Below, piece by piece: positions 34,988 through 44,101 of a stretch of 64,000 bases of DNA (its first letter is position 1; every line of letters begins with the position of its first letter). The DNA is taken from assembly GCA_963771575.1 (NCBI GenBank), contig CAVYTV010000002.1, positions 126,317 to 190,316 of the forward strand. The letters run 5' to 3'. The DNA is from an uncultured Armatimonadetes bacterium (lineage in GTDB: Bacteria; Armatimonadota; Armatimonadia; Armatimonadales; Capsulimonadaceae). Made by a program: the position numbers and the translations under genes. The notes below the pieces were generated by a model. It saw only the letters and a list, made by a program, of their open reading frames with translations. It was not told the DNA's origin and made no database searches.

Positions 34988-36628
34988 TTATCCTGCCCTG
35001 CGCTGCCCTCCCATTTGCGACCCCAGCAGGATGCCGAAAGCCGCCGGCGGCCCGGCGGGATCGGGCGCGGCGTAATAGGCCAGCGCCAGGGCGATCACGC
35101 AGTCGTCGTGGCCGCCGGAGCGCGCGCCGGTCTTCAGGCGGCTGCCTTCGCCCGGCGCGTACTCAAAGCCGCGCAATTCCGCCAGCAGCGTTCGGTGCGG
35201 CGGGAAACACAGGGCGCGGGCGGACAGGCCGACATTCAGGCGGTCTACCAGCGCCTGCTTGCTTTCTGCGCCGAACAGGAACCGCTCCACCGTCGGCCGG
35301 TTCTGGCGGCGCGGCATCTGCGCGTCAATCTGCCGGGTCAGCATCTCGGCGATGGGGTCGCCGATGCTGCTGCCGTCCGCCAGAACACGGCGCGGGCGAA
35401 AGCGGGCGATGATCCGGGCGGCGTCCACGGCCTGCGTTTCCCAGCCTGTCCCGCGCCAGCGGCTCAGGTGCACCAGCCGGATGGGCGACCGGGCCGCGTC
35501 CAGCACGGCGACCACGGTGTAGTCCCATTTCCGGCCCCAGTCAATGCCGATGACGTAGGGATGTCCGTCTTCCGGCTCGGAAACGACTTCGCCGCGTTCC
35601 AGCCGCACGCCTTCCAGGGTCGCAATGGCCGCGTCAATGTCTTCTTCGCGAAAGACCGCCCCGAAATCATCCACAAACTGCGCCTGATATTCCTGCGCGT
35701 ACAGCGCCTCGCCCATGTCCTCCCGCTGCGCCTGAAGCCAGGCCAGGTCCAGATGCGCCGCGTTGTCCGTCGTCGGGCATTGAAACGACTCGCACCAGAC
35801 GGTCTCGCACTCCCGGCCTTGAAAGGCCGGGCTACCTAGAGCACAAAGCCCCTCCGGGGCTGAGGATTTATCCGCAGGGGCGCTGCTTGCTGCGCCCTCT
35901 TCGCTTACCGCTTCACCCTTCCCTAACAGGGAAGGGTCGCAACTTGTTGCGGGGTTAGGTTCTGCCACCCCCCGCGCATAGAGCCGGTAAAAGGCCGAGC
36001 GCCTGCCGAATGGGGACGAGGCCAGCAGGAACTCGCCGCCCTGATCCGCCAGCATCGGCGGCAGGACATCCTCCAGAACGCCGTCCGGGACCCGCGCCGC
36101 CTCGTCCACGATGATCCGGTGCGCCCAAAGCCCCCGCAGGCCGCGCCCATCTCGCCCTGCCGTCCGGCAGGCAATCGTCGCCTGCCCCGTCGTCCCTGCC
36201 GCCGCTGTGTGGGTGAGCGTCAGCAGAAGATACGGCCGGCGGCGAACGACCAAGTTCCGTCCCTGCCGCTCCAGTGCGGCCCGCGCCGCGACCGTTTCCA
36301 ATCGTTCCAGTATCGCGTCGCCGAGAATGCGCGCCTGCGCGTCGGTCGGCGCGACCACGATCTGCCGCGAGCTCGGTTCCCGCAGCGCCAGCGTCGCGAT
36401 GTCAATGCTCAGGCTTTCCGTTTTGCCCCAGCGCCGCCCGCAGGCGGCGACTTTGATCGGCGCAGGGCAGCAAAATAGCCGCGCCTGCGCCTCATGCGGC
36501 GTCCAGTTCCATAACGCCTTCGCCAGTTCCAGCCGCTCCCGCGCGCTTTCCTCCCGCTCCGTTCGTGTTCGCCACACTCTTTGTCTCGCTTTCCGCCCCC
36601 TTGCTTTCATTGTACCAAAAGCGAACAA
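34988..36628 (-). CDS. Phage terminase large subunit-like protein (orphan), carrying an in-frame repeat insertion
   Basis: Walker A ACGRRWGKTES, Walker B RIIVDEAARV, RNase-H-like nuclease YVIGIDWGRKWDYTVV .. GGHDDCVIALALA. Confidence 0.8.
   Translation of the reverse strand: MFAFGTMKARGRKARQRVWRTRTEREESARERLELAKALWNWTPHEAQARLFCCPAPIKVAACGRRWGKTESLSIDIATLALREPSSRQIVVAPTDAQARILGDAILERLETVAARAALERQGRNLVVRRRPYLLLTLTHTAAAGTTGQATIACRTAGRDGRGLRGLWAHRIIVDEAARVPDGVLEDVLPPMLADQGGEFLLASSPFGRRSAFYRLYARGVAEPNPATSCDPSLLGKGEAVSEEGAASSAPADKSSAPEGLCALGSPAFQGRECETVWCESFQCPTTDNAAHLDLAWLQAQREDMGEALYAQEYQAQFVDDFGAVFREEDIDAAIATLEGVRLERGEVVSEPEDGHPYVIGIDWGRKWDYTVVAVLDAARSPIRLVHLSRWRGTGWETQAVDAARIIARFRPRRVLADGSSIGDPIAEMLTRQIDAQMPRRQNRPTVERFLFGAESKQALVDRLNVGLSARALCFPPHRTLLAELRGFEYAPGEGSRLKTGARSGGHDDCVIALALAYYAAPDPAGPPAAFGILLGSQMGGQRRAG
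35838..35975 (-). repeat. REP-like element embedded in-frame in the terminase gene
   Basis: The minus strand reads gcagaacctaaccccgcaacaagttgcgacccttccctgttagggaagggtgaagcgg, nearly the same as 24690-24760. It is translated as ..EPNPATSCDPSLLGKGEAVSEEG.. Confidence 0.65.
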
Positions 36629-36661
36629 GCGTTTGGCGCTTAATAATGGCTAAATTTTCGC

Positions 36662-36690
36662 TTGACAAAAGGTGTGTTTGCCACTATAAT
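36662..36690 (+). promoter_or_regulatory. Consensus sigma70 promoter P1
   Basis: TTGACA (36662-36667), 17 nt, TATAAT (36685-36690). Confidence 0.7.
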
Positions 36691-36761
36691 GGGTATATCC
36701 GACAGATAAGCTGTAGCGGCAATCACGCCGCTCGCCTGTGCCGGAAATCAACGCAAGGAGC

Positions 36762-37535
36762 ATGCAAATGCAAAACACACAGAAACGAGCCGGGTTCACC
36801 TTAATTGAACTGCTCGTCGTCATCGCCATTATCGCGATTCTCGCTGCCATTCTCTTCCCCGTCTTCCAGAAAGTCCGCGAAAACGCCCGCCGCGCCTCCT
36901 GCCAGAGCAACCTCAAGCAACTGGGGCTGGCGTTCACCCAGTACACGCAGGACGCCGATGAGAAATACCCCCAGGGCACAGACAACGGGGCATGTCAATG
37001 GGGCAATGCGCCTTATAGCACGCCCCAGGGGACGCAGGTAACCTGGGATGTGCAGATTCTGCCCTACACCAAAAGCGTCGGCGTTATCAAATGCCCGGAT
37101 GACTCCAATACCCCGGTGGCCCTCACGGCGGATGCCGGCGGCACCGTGCAGCGCTCCTATGCCATCGCCTCTTACTTGTGGGATTACAATCCGAATTGCA
37201 GCAATCCATCAAGCGTTGGGATTGCCCTGGCCCAGATCTCTAACCCAGCAGGAACCGTTGAACTGGCTGAACGGAGCGAGTGCGCGAATGCCCCCGGAAA
37301 CTGGCAAGGATGCTCGGATTTCCAGGACCTCGGCAGCGGCACCGGGTTTACGGGTGGGCAGTTCCCGCATGGCAGCAAGGACACGATGAACATCCTGTTC
37401 ACCGACGGACATGTCAAAGCCATCCGTTATGGAGGCGGCACGGATTATCACGCGATTGATTTAGCCCTTCCTGGCTACACCTACGAGACCGACGGCAGCG
37501 TAAAGACATTTCCGAGCAGTCCAATGCCAAAATAG
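36762..37535 (+). CDS. Prepilin-type N-terminal cleavage/methylation protein, DUF1559 family (copy 1)
   Basis: [35 protein letters not shown] (G|F cleavage site, Glu+5), [11 protein letters not shown]-terminal [12 protein letters not shown] aaggag. Confidence 0.9.
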   Translation: MQMQNTQKRAGFTLIELLVVIAIIAILAAILFPVFQKVRENARRASCQSNLKQLGLAFTQYTQDADEKYPQGTDNGACQWGNAPYSTPQGTQVTWDVQILPYTKSVGVIKCPDDSNTPVALTADAGGTVQRSYAIASYLWDYNPNCSNPSSVGIALAQISNPAGTVELAERSECANAPGNWQGCSDFQDLGSGTGFTGGQFPHGSKDTMNILFTDGHVKAIRYGGGTDYHAIDLALPGYTYETDGSVKTFPSSPMPK

Positions 37536-37560
37536 ACTGATTTCGGCTTCATTTTCGTCT

Positions 37561-37605
37561 CCGCCGGAGAAACGCCACGCGCATTTCTCCGGCGGTTTCT
37601 TTGTG
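37561..37605 (+). terminator. Intrinsic terminator
   Basis: ccgccggagaaa / tttctccggcgg followed by tttctttgtg. Confidence 0.7.
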
Positions 37606-37618
37606 TCCCAAATGCGCC

Positions 37619-37647
37619 TTGACAAAGATATTATTTGCCACTATAAT
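37619..37647 (+). promoter_or_regulatory. Consensus sigma70 promoter P2
   Basis: TTGACA (37619-37624), 17 nt, TATAAT (37642-37647). Confidence 0.7.
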
Positions 37648-37718
37648 GAGTACATCCGACAGAGACGCTGTAGCGGCAATCACGCCGTTCGCCCGTGCCG
37701 GAAATCAACGCAAGGAGC

Positions 37719-38474
37719 ATGCAAATGCAAAACACACAGAAACGTGCCGGGTTCACGTTGATAGAACTGCTCGTCGTGATCGCCATTATCGCGATTCTCG
37801 CCGCTATTCTTTTTCCCGTCTTTCAGAAAGTCCGCGAAAACGCCCGCCGCGCTTCCTGCCAGAGCAACCTCAAGCAACTGGGGCTGGCGTTCACCCAGTA
37901 CACGCAGGATGCCGATGAGAAATACCCGCAGGAGACGGACAACAATGGGACAGGCACTCAGTGGGGTAATCCCGCCTATAACACGCCGCAGGGGACGCCT
38001 GCAAGTTGGGACGTCCAAATCTTGCCCTATACCAAAAGCGTCGGCATCTTGAGATGCCCGGATGATCCCCAGGCCCCGGCAACCCTCACGGCGGATGCGG
38101 GCGGTTCTGCGGAGCGTTCCTATTCGGCTCCTTCTCACTTGCTGGATTATCAGGGGAAGAGTATCGGCATCGCCCTATCCCAGATTTCCAATCCCGCGGC
38201 GACTGTGGGACTGGCAGAACGAGCCGTGTGCGGCGGATGGGGAGGCTGTTCAGACATTCAGCAACTCGGCCAGGACATCGGCTGGAATGGCAGCAATGGC
38301 ACCTGGCCGCATGGCAGCAAAGACACGACAAATTTCTTGTTCACCAACGGCCATGTCAAGAGCATCAAATATGCGGGTACAGGTCCCTATCCGATGGCCC
38401 TCAGCCTGCCCGGCTACACTTATAACGCCGCCGGCAGCGCTATTGTCTATCCCAATAGTCCGCTGCCGCAGTAG
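37719..38474 (+). CDS. Prepilin-type DUF1559 family protein (copy 2)
   Basis: The N-terminal ~70 aa are identical to copy 1 and the C-terminal part has diverged. FLFTNGHVK. Confidence 0.9.
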   Translation: MQMQNTQKRAGFTLIELLVVIAIIAILAAILFPVFQKVRENARRASCQSNLKQLGLAFTQYTQDADEKYPQETDNNGTGTQWGNPAYNTPQGTPASWDVQILPYTKSVGILRCPDDPQAPATLTADAGGSAERSYSAPSHLLDYQGKSIGIALSQISNPAATVGLAERAVCGGWGGCSDIQQLGQDIGWNGSNGTWPHGSKDTTNFLFTNGHVKSIKYAGTGPYPMALSLPGYTYNAAGSAIVYPNSPLPQ

Positions 38475-38500
38475 GTCACTTTCGGCTTCTGGTCTCGTTG

Positions 38501-38543
38501 CCGCCGGCGAAGTCCCACTGGATTTCTCCGGCGGTTTCTTTGC
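38501..38543 (+). terminator. Terminator/attenuator-like hairpin between pilin-like copy 2 and the TPR gene
   Basis: ccgccggcgaa / tttctccggcgg followed by tttctttgc. Homologous to the 37561 hairpin. Confidence 0.5.
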
Positions 38544-38554
38544 GTCCCAGATTT

Positions 38555-39769
38555 ATGTCTTCCCGAACCAAATTGGCTGCCCGTAAGGCTGCTCCCCCCG
38601 CCAGGCGCCCCCCGCGCCTCTGGATTGCGCTGGCCTGCGTCCTTGCGTTGGCGTCTCTCAGCGGCGCTTTCTGGTTCTGGCGACAGGCTGCCCGTCCCGG
38701 TGTTGTCCATGCAGCCCAGGGCGCATCCGACGCGGCGGCAGGAAATCAGATGCAGGCGGAGCAGGAATGGCTGACCGGCATTCGGGAAGACCCCGATTTG
38801 CCGCAGTGTTATGTCCGGCTTGGCGACCTGTACATGCAGCAGAAGCGATTTCCCGAAGCCGACGCGCAGTACACGGCGGCGAGCAAACTCACGCCCGATG
38901 ACGGGGCGCTGTTTTTCAAGATGCACTTCGCAGCCCTGGCGGTCGGCGACACGGCCAGGGCGCGGGCGGCGGCAAAACGGGCGGCGGATTTGCTGCCCAA
39001 TGACGCCGACGCCGTCGGGCAGTACGGGATGCTGGAAAGCCATAATGACAATGTCCCAGCAGCCCTGACTGCCCTGCGCCGCGCCCATGCGCTACGCCCG
39101 GACGACCCGGACTTTTTCCACGAACTGGTTCTCCGGGAAATGACTTCGGGAAACTACCCGGCGGCGGAACAGCTTCTGCTCCCCTGGCTGCAAGCGCATT
39201 CGCAGGATGCCTGGGCCTGTCACTTGACGGCGGTCGTTTACGAGAAGAAGCCGCCGACGCCGCAAACTCTGCAAACGGCGCTCGGCTATGAGGAGCGCGC
39301 CCGGCGGGGCCTGCCTGGCGATCTGCGCGTTTACATTACGCTGGGGCAGCTTTACCTGGCGCTCAACCGCCCCCAAGACGCCTTACAGGCCTATCAGGCC
39401 GGCTTGAGATTAGAGCCGACCTCCGGGCTGATGCTGCACGGGCTGATGACCTGCTATCTCCGATTAGGACAGCCGCAGCAAGCGGCAGCGGCGGCGGCCC
39501 GGCTCCAGACGACAACGACGCTCATTAACCGGATCGCACACTTGCAGGACACGCTCAAACTCAGCCCGAAAGACATTGCCGCCGGTTTGGAACTCGCGCA
39601 TCTGGAAGAGGTGGACAACAATCCGAACGGCGCGCAGGGATACTACCTTCAAATGCTGCGCGTGGCTCCCCATGACGCTTCCACCCGTGCCGCGCTGGCC
39701 GCTTTCTACCGGCGTCACCATCAGGCTGCTCTCGCCCGGCAGGTGGAACAGTCCGACTTTGTGCCATGA
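38555..39769 (+). CDS. Membrane-anchored TPR-repeat protein (paralog 1)
   Basis: N-terminal [26 protein letters not shown]-like repeats ([31 protein letters not shown]..). Ends ..SDFVP. Confidence 0.8.
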   Translation: MSSRTKLAARKAAPPARRPPRLWIALACVLALASLSGAFWFWRQAARPGVVHAAQGASDAAAGNQMQAEQEWLTGIREDPDLPQCYVRLGDLYMQQKRFPEADAQYTAASKLTPDDGALFFKMHFAALAVGDTARARAAAKRAADLLPNDADAVGQYGMLESHNDNVPAALTALRRAHALRPDDPDFFHELVLREMTSGNYPAAEQLLLPWLQAHSQDAWACHLTAVVYEKKPPTPQTLQTALGYEERARRGLPGDLRVYITLGQLYLALNRPQDALQAYQAGLRLEPTSGLMLHGLMTCYLRLGQPQQAAAAAARLQTTTTLINRIAHLQDTLKLSPKDIAAGLELAHLEEVDNNPNGAQGYYLQMLRVAPHDASTRAALAAFYRRHHQAALARQVEQSDFVP

Positions 39770-39813
39770 ATTTGCGCCCTAAGTTCGTGTTGGAGTGCAG
39801 AATAAAAAATCGC

Positions 39814-39842
39814 TTGACAAATGATATGTTTGCCACTATAAT
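39814..39842 (+). promoter_or_regulatory. Consensus sigma70 promoter P3
   Basis: TTGACA (39814-39819), 17 nt, TATAAT (39837-39842). Confidence 0.7.
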
Positions 39843-39912
39843 AGGTATATCCAGCAGAAGCGCGTCGTTGGCAATCGCATCGTCCGCGTCTGTCGGAAAA
39901 CCAAAAAGGAGC

Positions 39913-40735
39913 ATGCAAATGCAAAACTCACAAAAACAAGCCGGGTTCACGTTGATTGAACTGCTCGTCGTCATCGCCATTATCGCGATTCTCGCCGCTA
40001 TTCTCTTCCCGGTCTTCCAGAAAGTCCGCGAAAATGCCCGCAAGGCGTCCTGCCAGTCCAACCTCAAGCAGATCGGTCTTGCCATGATCCAGTACAGCCA
40101 GGACAATGATGAACTGCTCGTCTGTGGATGGGCGGGAAACAACGGCTACAATGCCTCGGACTCTAACCCCGCCAGCATCAAGTACAAATGGATGGATATG
40201 GTCTATCCCTTTGTCAAAAGCACCGGCGTCTTCCACTGTCCCGATGACAGCGGCGGCCTGATTGCCGGGGCGACGGGCACCTACGTTCCTTACCAGCAGC
40301 TTGGCACCGCCGGTCAGCCTGCCACACCCAATGCTAACTATTACGGGAGCTACTCAATCAACTCCTACAACTTTGGCGGCGCCTTTCCCGATGTGGGGCC
40401 GGGCAACACTCCCGGAGGCGGCGTCGCTTACAATCTGGCATCGCTCAACGCTCCGGCCACGACGGTCTGGGTGACAGACGGCGCGGGAAGCTACACAGCG
40501 GACTGCGGCGGCTCTGTCATGGCGGCGACCACCATCGGCAACTATCCTGCCCTGCAATGCAGCGGCCAGACGGCCACCTTGAACGACAATAGCCCGTTCG
40601 TGTTCCGGCACGGAGCACCTGATCTCGAACTCTGTCCTGTACTGCGACGGCCATGTCAAGTCTGTGCGGATCGCCAATTTGCTGGCGACCAACGGCAGCG
40701 GCATCTTCTACAACCTGACTATGCGCGGCCAATAG
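39913..40735 (+). CDS. Prepilin-type DUF1559 family protein (copy 3); apparent frameshift near 40610
   Basis: [35 protein letters not shown]. After ..FVFRH the next frame reads [28 protein letters not shown] and stops at 40733-40735 (H-X9-DG motif). Confidence 0.8.
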
Positions 40736-40754
40736 GCTTCGCCCTGCGAAATGA

Positions 40755-40790
40755 CCACCGGCAAGAACTTCCTTGCCGGTGGCTTTGTTA
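40755..40790 (+). terminator. Intrinsic terminator
   Basis: ccaccggcaag / cttgccggtgg followed by ctttgtta. Confidence 0.6.
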
Positions 40791-40809
40791 TCGCCGCTTC
40801 TCGCGTCTT

Positions 40810-42045
40810 ATGTCGTCCCGTTCTAAATCCCATCGGCGTCCCTCTCCTCTTGCCGTTTCCCCGTCCGTGCGTCCCAGTCATCCGTTACGCCGACTTCTTT
40901 TGGCGCTTGGCCTCGTCGCCGTCCTCGCAGGAGGAGGATACAGTGTCTGGTTCTGGCACCAACCCGCGCGCCCTGGCATGAGTCATTACCTCAAAGGCAA
41001 GAACTATATCGGGGAGCATCAAACGGACCTGGCGAAAAAGGAGTGCCTGCTTGGCATAAGGCAAGACCCGCTGTTTCCCCAATGCTGGATACAGTTGGGA
41101 GACATTTACACCCAGAGAAACCAGTCTGCCCGGGCCGTTACCTGTTACCAGGCCGCGTCCAAACTCCTGCCTGACGACGGACGGGTGCTTCTCCGCCTGG
41201 CCCTTGCGGAGCAGTCGGTTGGTGACACGGAAGCGGCCGCATCCGCCGCCGGGCGAGCCGCCGCGCTGCTGCCAAATAACGGTCAGGTTTTGGCGCTTGA
41301 TGGATTTCTGGAAGCCACCCTCCGGCACCGCGAGGCCGGTCTGACGGCTATACGGCGAGCCTATCAGCTAATCCCCGACTCGCCGGACATCATCCGGGAA
41401 GTGACGCGGCAGGAGATCAATGCCCATAACATTGCCGCCGCCGAGCGCGATCTGACCCCCTATGTGCAGGCGCACCCGCAAGACGTGGAAGCCGACTATC
41501 TCATGGCCCTGATCGCGACCGAAAAGCCGGCCACGCCGGAGAACTTGCGGGCCGGTTTGGATTATGCAGAACGCGCGCATCAGGGGCAGCCGAACGATCT
41601 GCGCTTTCTGGATATGCTGGGTCAGCTTTATCTCAAAGCGAATCAGCCGGCGCTTGCGCTTCCGCTCTACCTGGCCGGCAAAAAAATGGCTCCTTCTTCC
41701 GAGGCCATGATGAATGGGTTAGTCACCAGTTATAGCCGCCTGGGCCGCACCAAAGAGGCGGGCGCACAGGCGGCCGAACTGACAGCGGCCAGCCTTCGGC
41801 ACGAGGAAATCAGCCGCCTCATCTTTGTGGTCAAGGCAAATCCCGCCGACATCACCTCCAGCCTGCGGCTGGCGCATTTGCAGGAAGCGGACGGTGAATA
41901 CCACCCGGCACAGTTCCAGTACGAGCGTGCGCTGCGCCTGGCCCCCCATGACCCGCGCACGCACCCGGCGCTGGCCTCTTTTCTACGCCGCGCGGGTCGT
42001 CCCGACCTCGCCGCCCAGGCGGAACGGCCCGACTTTGTGCCATAA
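40810..42045 (+). CDS. Membrane-anchored TPR-repeat protein (paralog 2)
   Basis: [34 protein letters not shown] repeats collinear with 38555-39769. Ends ..PDFVP. Confidence 0.8.
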   Translation: MSSRSKSHRRPSPLAVSPSVRPSHPLRRLLLALGLVAVLAGGGYSVWFWHQPARPGMSHYLKGKNYIGEHQTDLAKKECLLGIRQDPLFPQCWIQLGDIYTQRNQSARAVTCYQAASKLLPDDGRVLLRLALAEQSVGDTEAAASAAGRAAALLPNNGQVLALDGFLEATLRHREAGLTAIRRAYQLIPDSPDIIREVTRQEINAHNIAAAERDLTPYVQAHPQDVEADYLMALIATEKPATPENLRAGLDYAERAHQGQPNDLRFLDMLGQLYLKANQPALALPLYLAGKKMAPSSEAMMNGLVTSYSRLGRTKEAGAQAAELTAASLRHEEISRLIFVVKANPADITSSLRLAHLQEADGEYHPAQFQYERALRLAPHDPRTHPALASFLRRAGRPDLAAQAERPDFVP

Positions 42046-42051
42046 TGAGAC

Positions 42052-43878
42052 ATGCTGACACGACGCTCTTTTTTGTGGACACTGGCCGGAGGCATTCTGG
42101 CGCTGCCCGGCTGCCGGGGGAAAGTCTCCCCATCCGTTGAAACTCCGGGCGTGGAGACTCCTGCCGTTGTCCCGGTCAGCACCGTCTATGACCCCAAAGC
42201 CGTCGCCGCTGCCCCCCTCTTGACCAAATATCCCGTCCGCTTCACCGACATCAGCGGCGCGGCAGGGCTGCACTGGACGTACCAAAACGGCGCGACCGGG
42301 CGGCATCTGATGATTGAAGACCTGGGCAGCGGCGTGGCCTTTTTTGATTACAACAATGATGGCCTGCTGGACATCTTTGTCGTACAGAGCGGCCCCGTTC
42401 CCGGCGCGGGGCCTGCCGAAAAGAACTTTTCCACGCGCAGCGCCCTGTACCGAAACAACGGCGACGGGACATTTACCGACGTGACCATTGGGTCCGGGCT
42501 GGACCGTGACTTCGGCTACGGGCAGGGCGTTTCGGTCGCTGATTACGACAACGACGGCTGGCCCGATCTTTACGTCACGGCTTACGGCGGCAATCACCTC
42601 CTCCGCAACAACCGCAACGGCACGTTTACCGATGTCACCGAACAGGCCGGCGTGGCCGACCTGCACGGCATGATGCCCGGCGAGCCGCCCTGGCCGCTGT
42701 CTTCCTCCTGGGGTGACTATGACAACGACGGGCATTTAGATTTGTTTGTCTGCCACTACGCCCGCTGGTCCCCGAAACTGGACCGCACCTGTCGCGGGCT
42801 GGACGGCAAGCCTGCCTACTGCCGCCCGCAAGTCTATGAGCCGAGCCACTGCGCCCTGTTTCACAACAATGGGGACGGCACGTTTACCGACGTAACCCGG
42901 AAAGCGGGAATAGACAAACTGCAAGGCAAAAGCATGGGCGCGGTCTGGCTGGATTATGACGAGGACGGCTGGCCCGATCTGTTCGTCACCAACGACACCA
43001 TGCCGAACTTCCTGCTCCACAACAATCGGGACGGCACGTTCACCGACAAAGGCACGATTGCCGGGGTCGCTTACGGCGACCAGGGTGAGGCGCAGTCGGG
43101 CATGGGCATCGGCGTGGGCGACACGGATAATGTGGGCCGGGAAAACCTCTTTGCCGTCAATTTTTCCGGTCAGCCCAAGTCGGCGTTTCGGAACCGGGGC
43201 GGGGGCGTCTTTGAAAGCGCCTCGTATCAGTCCAACCTCGCCAGCACCAACCTGCAATTCTTAGGCTTCGGGCTGGAATGCTTTGACTATGATCTGGACG
43301 GGCGCAAGGACTTGATCTTCGGCAACGGCCATGTGCTGGACCGCATGGATGAGGGGACGGCAGGCTCCTCCTATGCCCAGAGCCAGCAGCTTTTTCACAA
43401 CCAGGGCAACGGGACATTCGCAGAAGACCTGCATTCGCTGGGCGATCTCGTTCTGCCCCGCGTGACGCGCGGCCTGGCAGTCGGGGACTTTGACAACGAC
43501 GGCGATCTGGATGTCGTGATGGTCTCGCAGACCGGCCCGCTGACACTGTTTCGCAATGACGGCGGCAACCAGAACCACTGGTTGACGCTGCGCCTGGAAG
43601 GCGTCCACGCCAACCGGGATGCGGTCGGCGCGCGCGTGACCGTTCAAACGAAAGCGGGCAAGCAGACGCAGTGGGTGCATGGCAGCACGAGTTACTGCTC
43701 GCATAGCGACACGCGGCTGACGTTCGGCTTGGGGGCGGAGACGGCGATCCTGTCGGGCGAAGTTCTCTGGCCGCGCGGCGGTCGCCAGAGTTTCGGCCCG
43801 CTGACGGCCGGCGGCTTTTACTGGCTGCGGGAGGGCGCTGCGCCCGTTCCCGACCCGCGCGTTAAGCGGAAAGCCTAA
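42052..43878 (+). CDS. CRTAC1-family lipoprotein (FG-GAP/VCBS repeats plus an ASPIC/UnbV domain)
   Basis: Lipobox LALPGC; YNNDGLLDIF, YDNDGWPDLYV, YDNDGHLDLFV, FDNDGDLDVV; UnbV/ASPIC NRDAVGARVTVQT..TSYCSHSD. Confidence 0.9.
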   Translation: MLTRRSFLWTLAGGILALPGCRGKVSPSVETPGVETPAVVPVSTVYDPKAVAAAPLLTKYPVRFTDISGAAGLHWTYQNGATGRHLMIEDLGSGVAFFDYNNDGLLDIFVVQSGPVPGAGPAEKNFSTRSALYRNNGDGTFTDVTIGSGLDRDFGYGQGVSVADYDNDGWPDLYVTAYGGNHLLRNNRNGTFTDVTEQAGVADLHGMMPGEPPWPLSSSWGDYDNDGHLDLFVCHYARWSPKLDRTCRGLDGKPAYCRPQVYEPSHCALFHNNGDGTFTDVTRKAGIDKLQGKSMGAVWLDYDEDGWPDLFVTNDTMPNFLLHNNRDGTFTDKGTIAGVAYGDQGEAQSGMGIGVGDTDNVGRENLFAVNFSGQPKSAFRNRGGGVFESASYQSNLASTNLQFLGFGLECFDYDLDGRKDLIFGNGHVLDRMDEGTAGSSYAQSQQLFHNQGNGTFAEDLHSLGDLVLPRVTRGLAVGDFDNDGDLDVVMVSQTGPLTLFRNDGGNQNHWLTLRLEGVHANRDAVGARVTVQTKAGKQTQWVHGSTSYCSHSDTRLTFGLGAETAILSGEVLWPRGGRQSFGPLTAGGFYWLREGAAPVPDPRVKRKA

Positions 43879-43880
43879 AA

Positions 43881-43913
43881 ACCCGCCCTGCGACTTGTCG
43901 CGGGCGGGTTCTT
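43881..43913 (+). terminator. Intrinsic terminator-like hairpin
   Basis: acccgccctgcga / tcgcgggcgggt followed by tcttcc (weak T-tract). Confidence 0.45.
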
Positions 43914-43953
43914 CCGCCGCAAAAGCACCGGATTTAGGGTAAGATAGCCCTGT

Positions 43954-44058
43954 CAGACGATTTCTTTTCAGACGATTTCTTTTCAGACGATTTCTTTTCA
44001 GACGATTTCTTTTCAGACGATTTCTTTTCAGACGATTTCTTTTCAGACGATTTCTTCT
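43954..44058. repeat. Tandem repeat, 7 x 15 bp (cagacgatttctttt)
   Basis: Units start at 43954, 43969, 43984, 43999, 44014, 44029 and 44044. The first six are identical and the last has one substitution. Confidence 0.95.
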
Positions 44059-44101
44059 CTCGCCGCCGGCTCGACTTACGACGAAGCCATGAGACCCGTC
44101 C

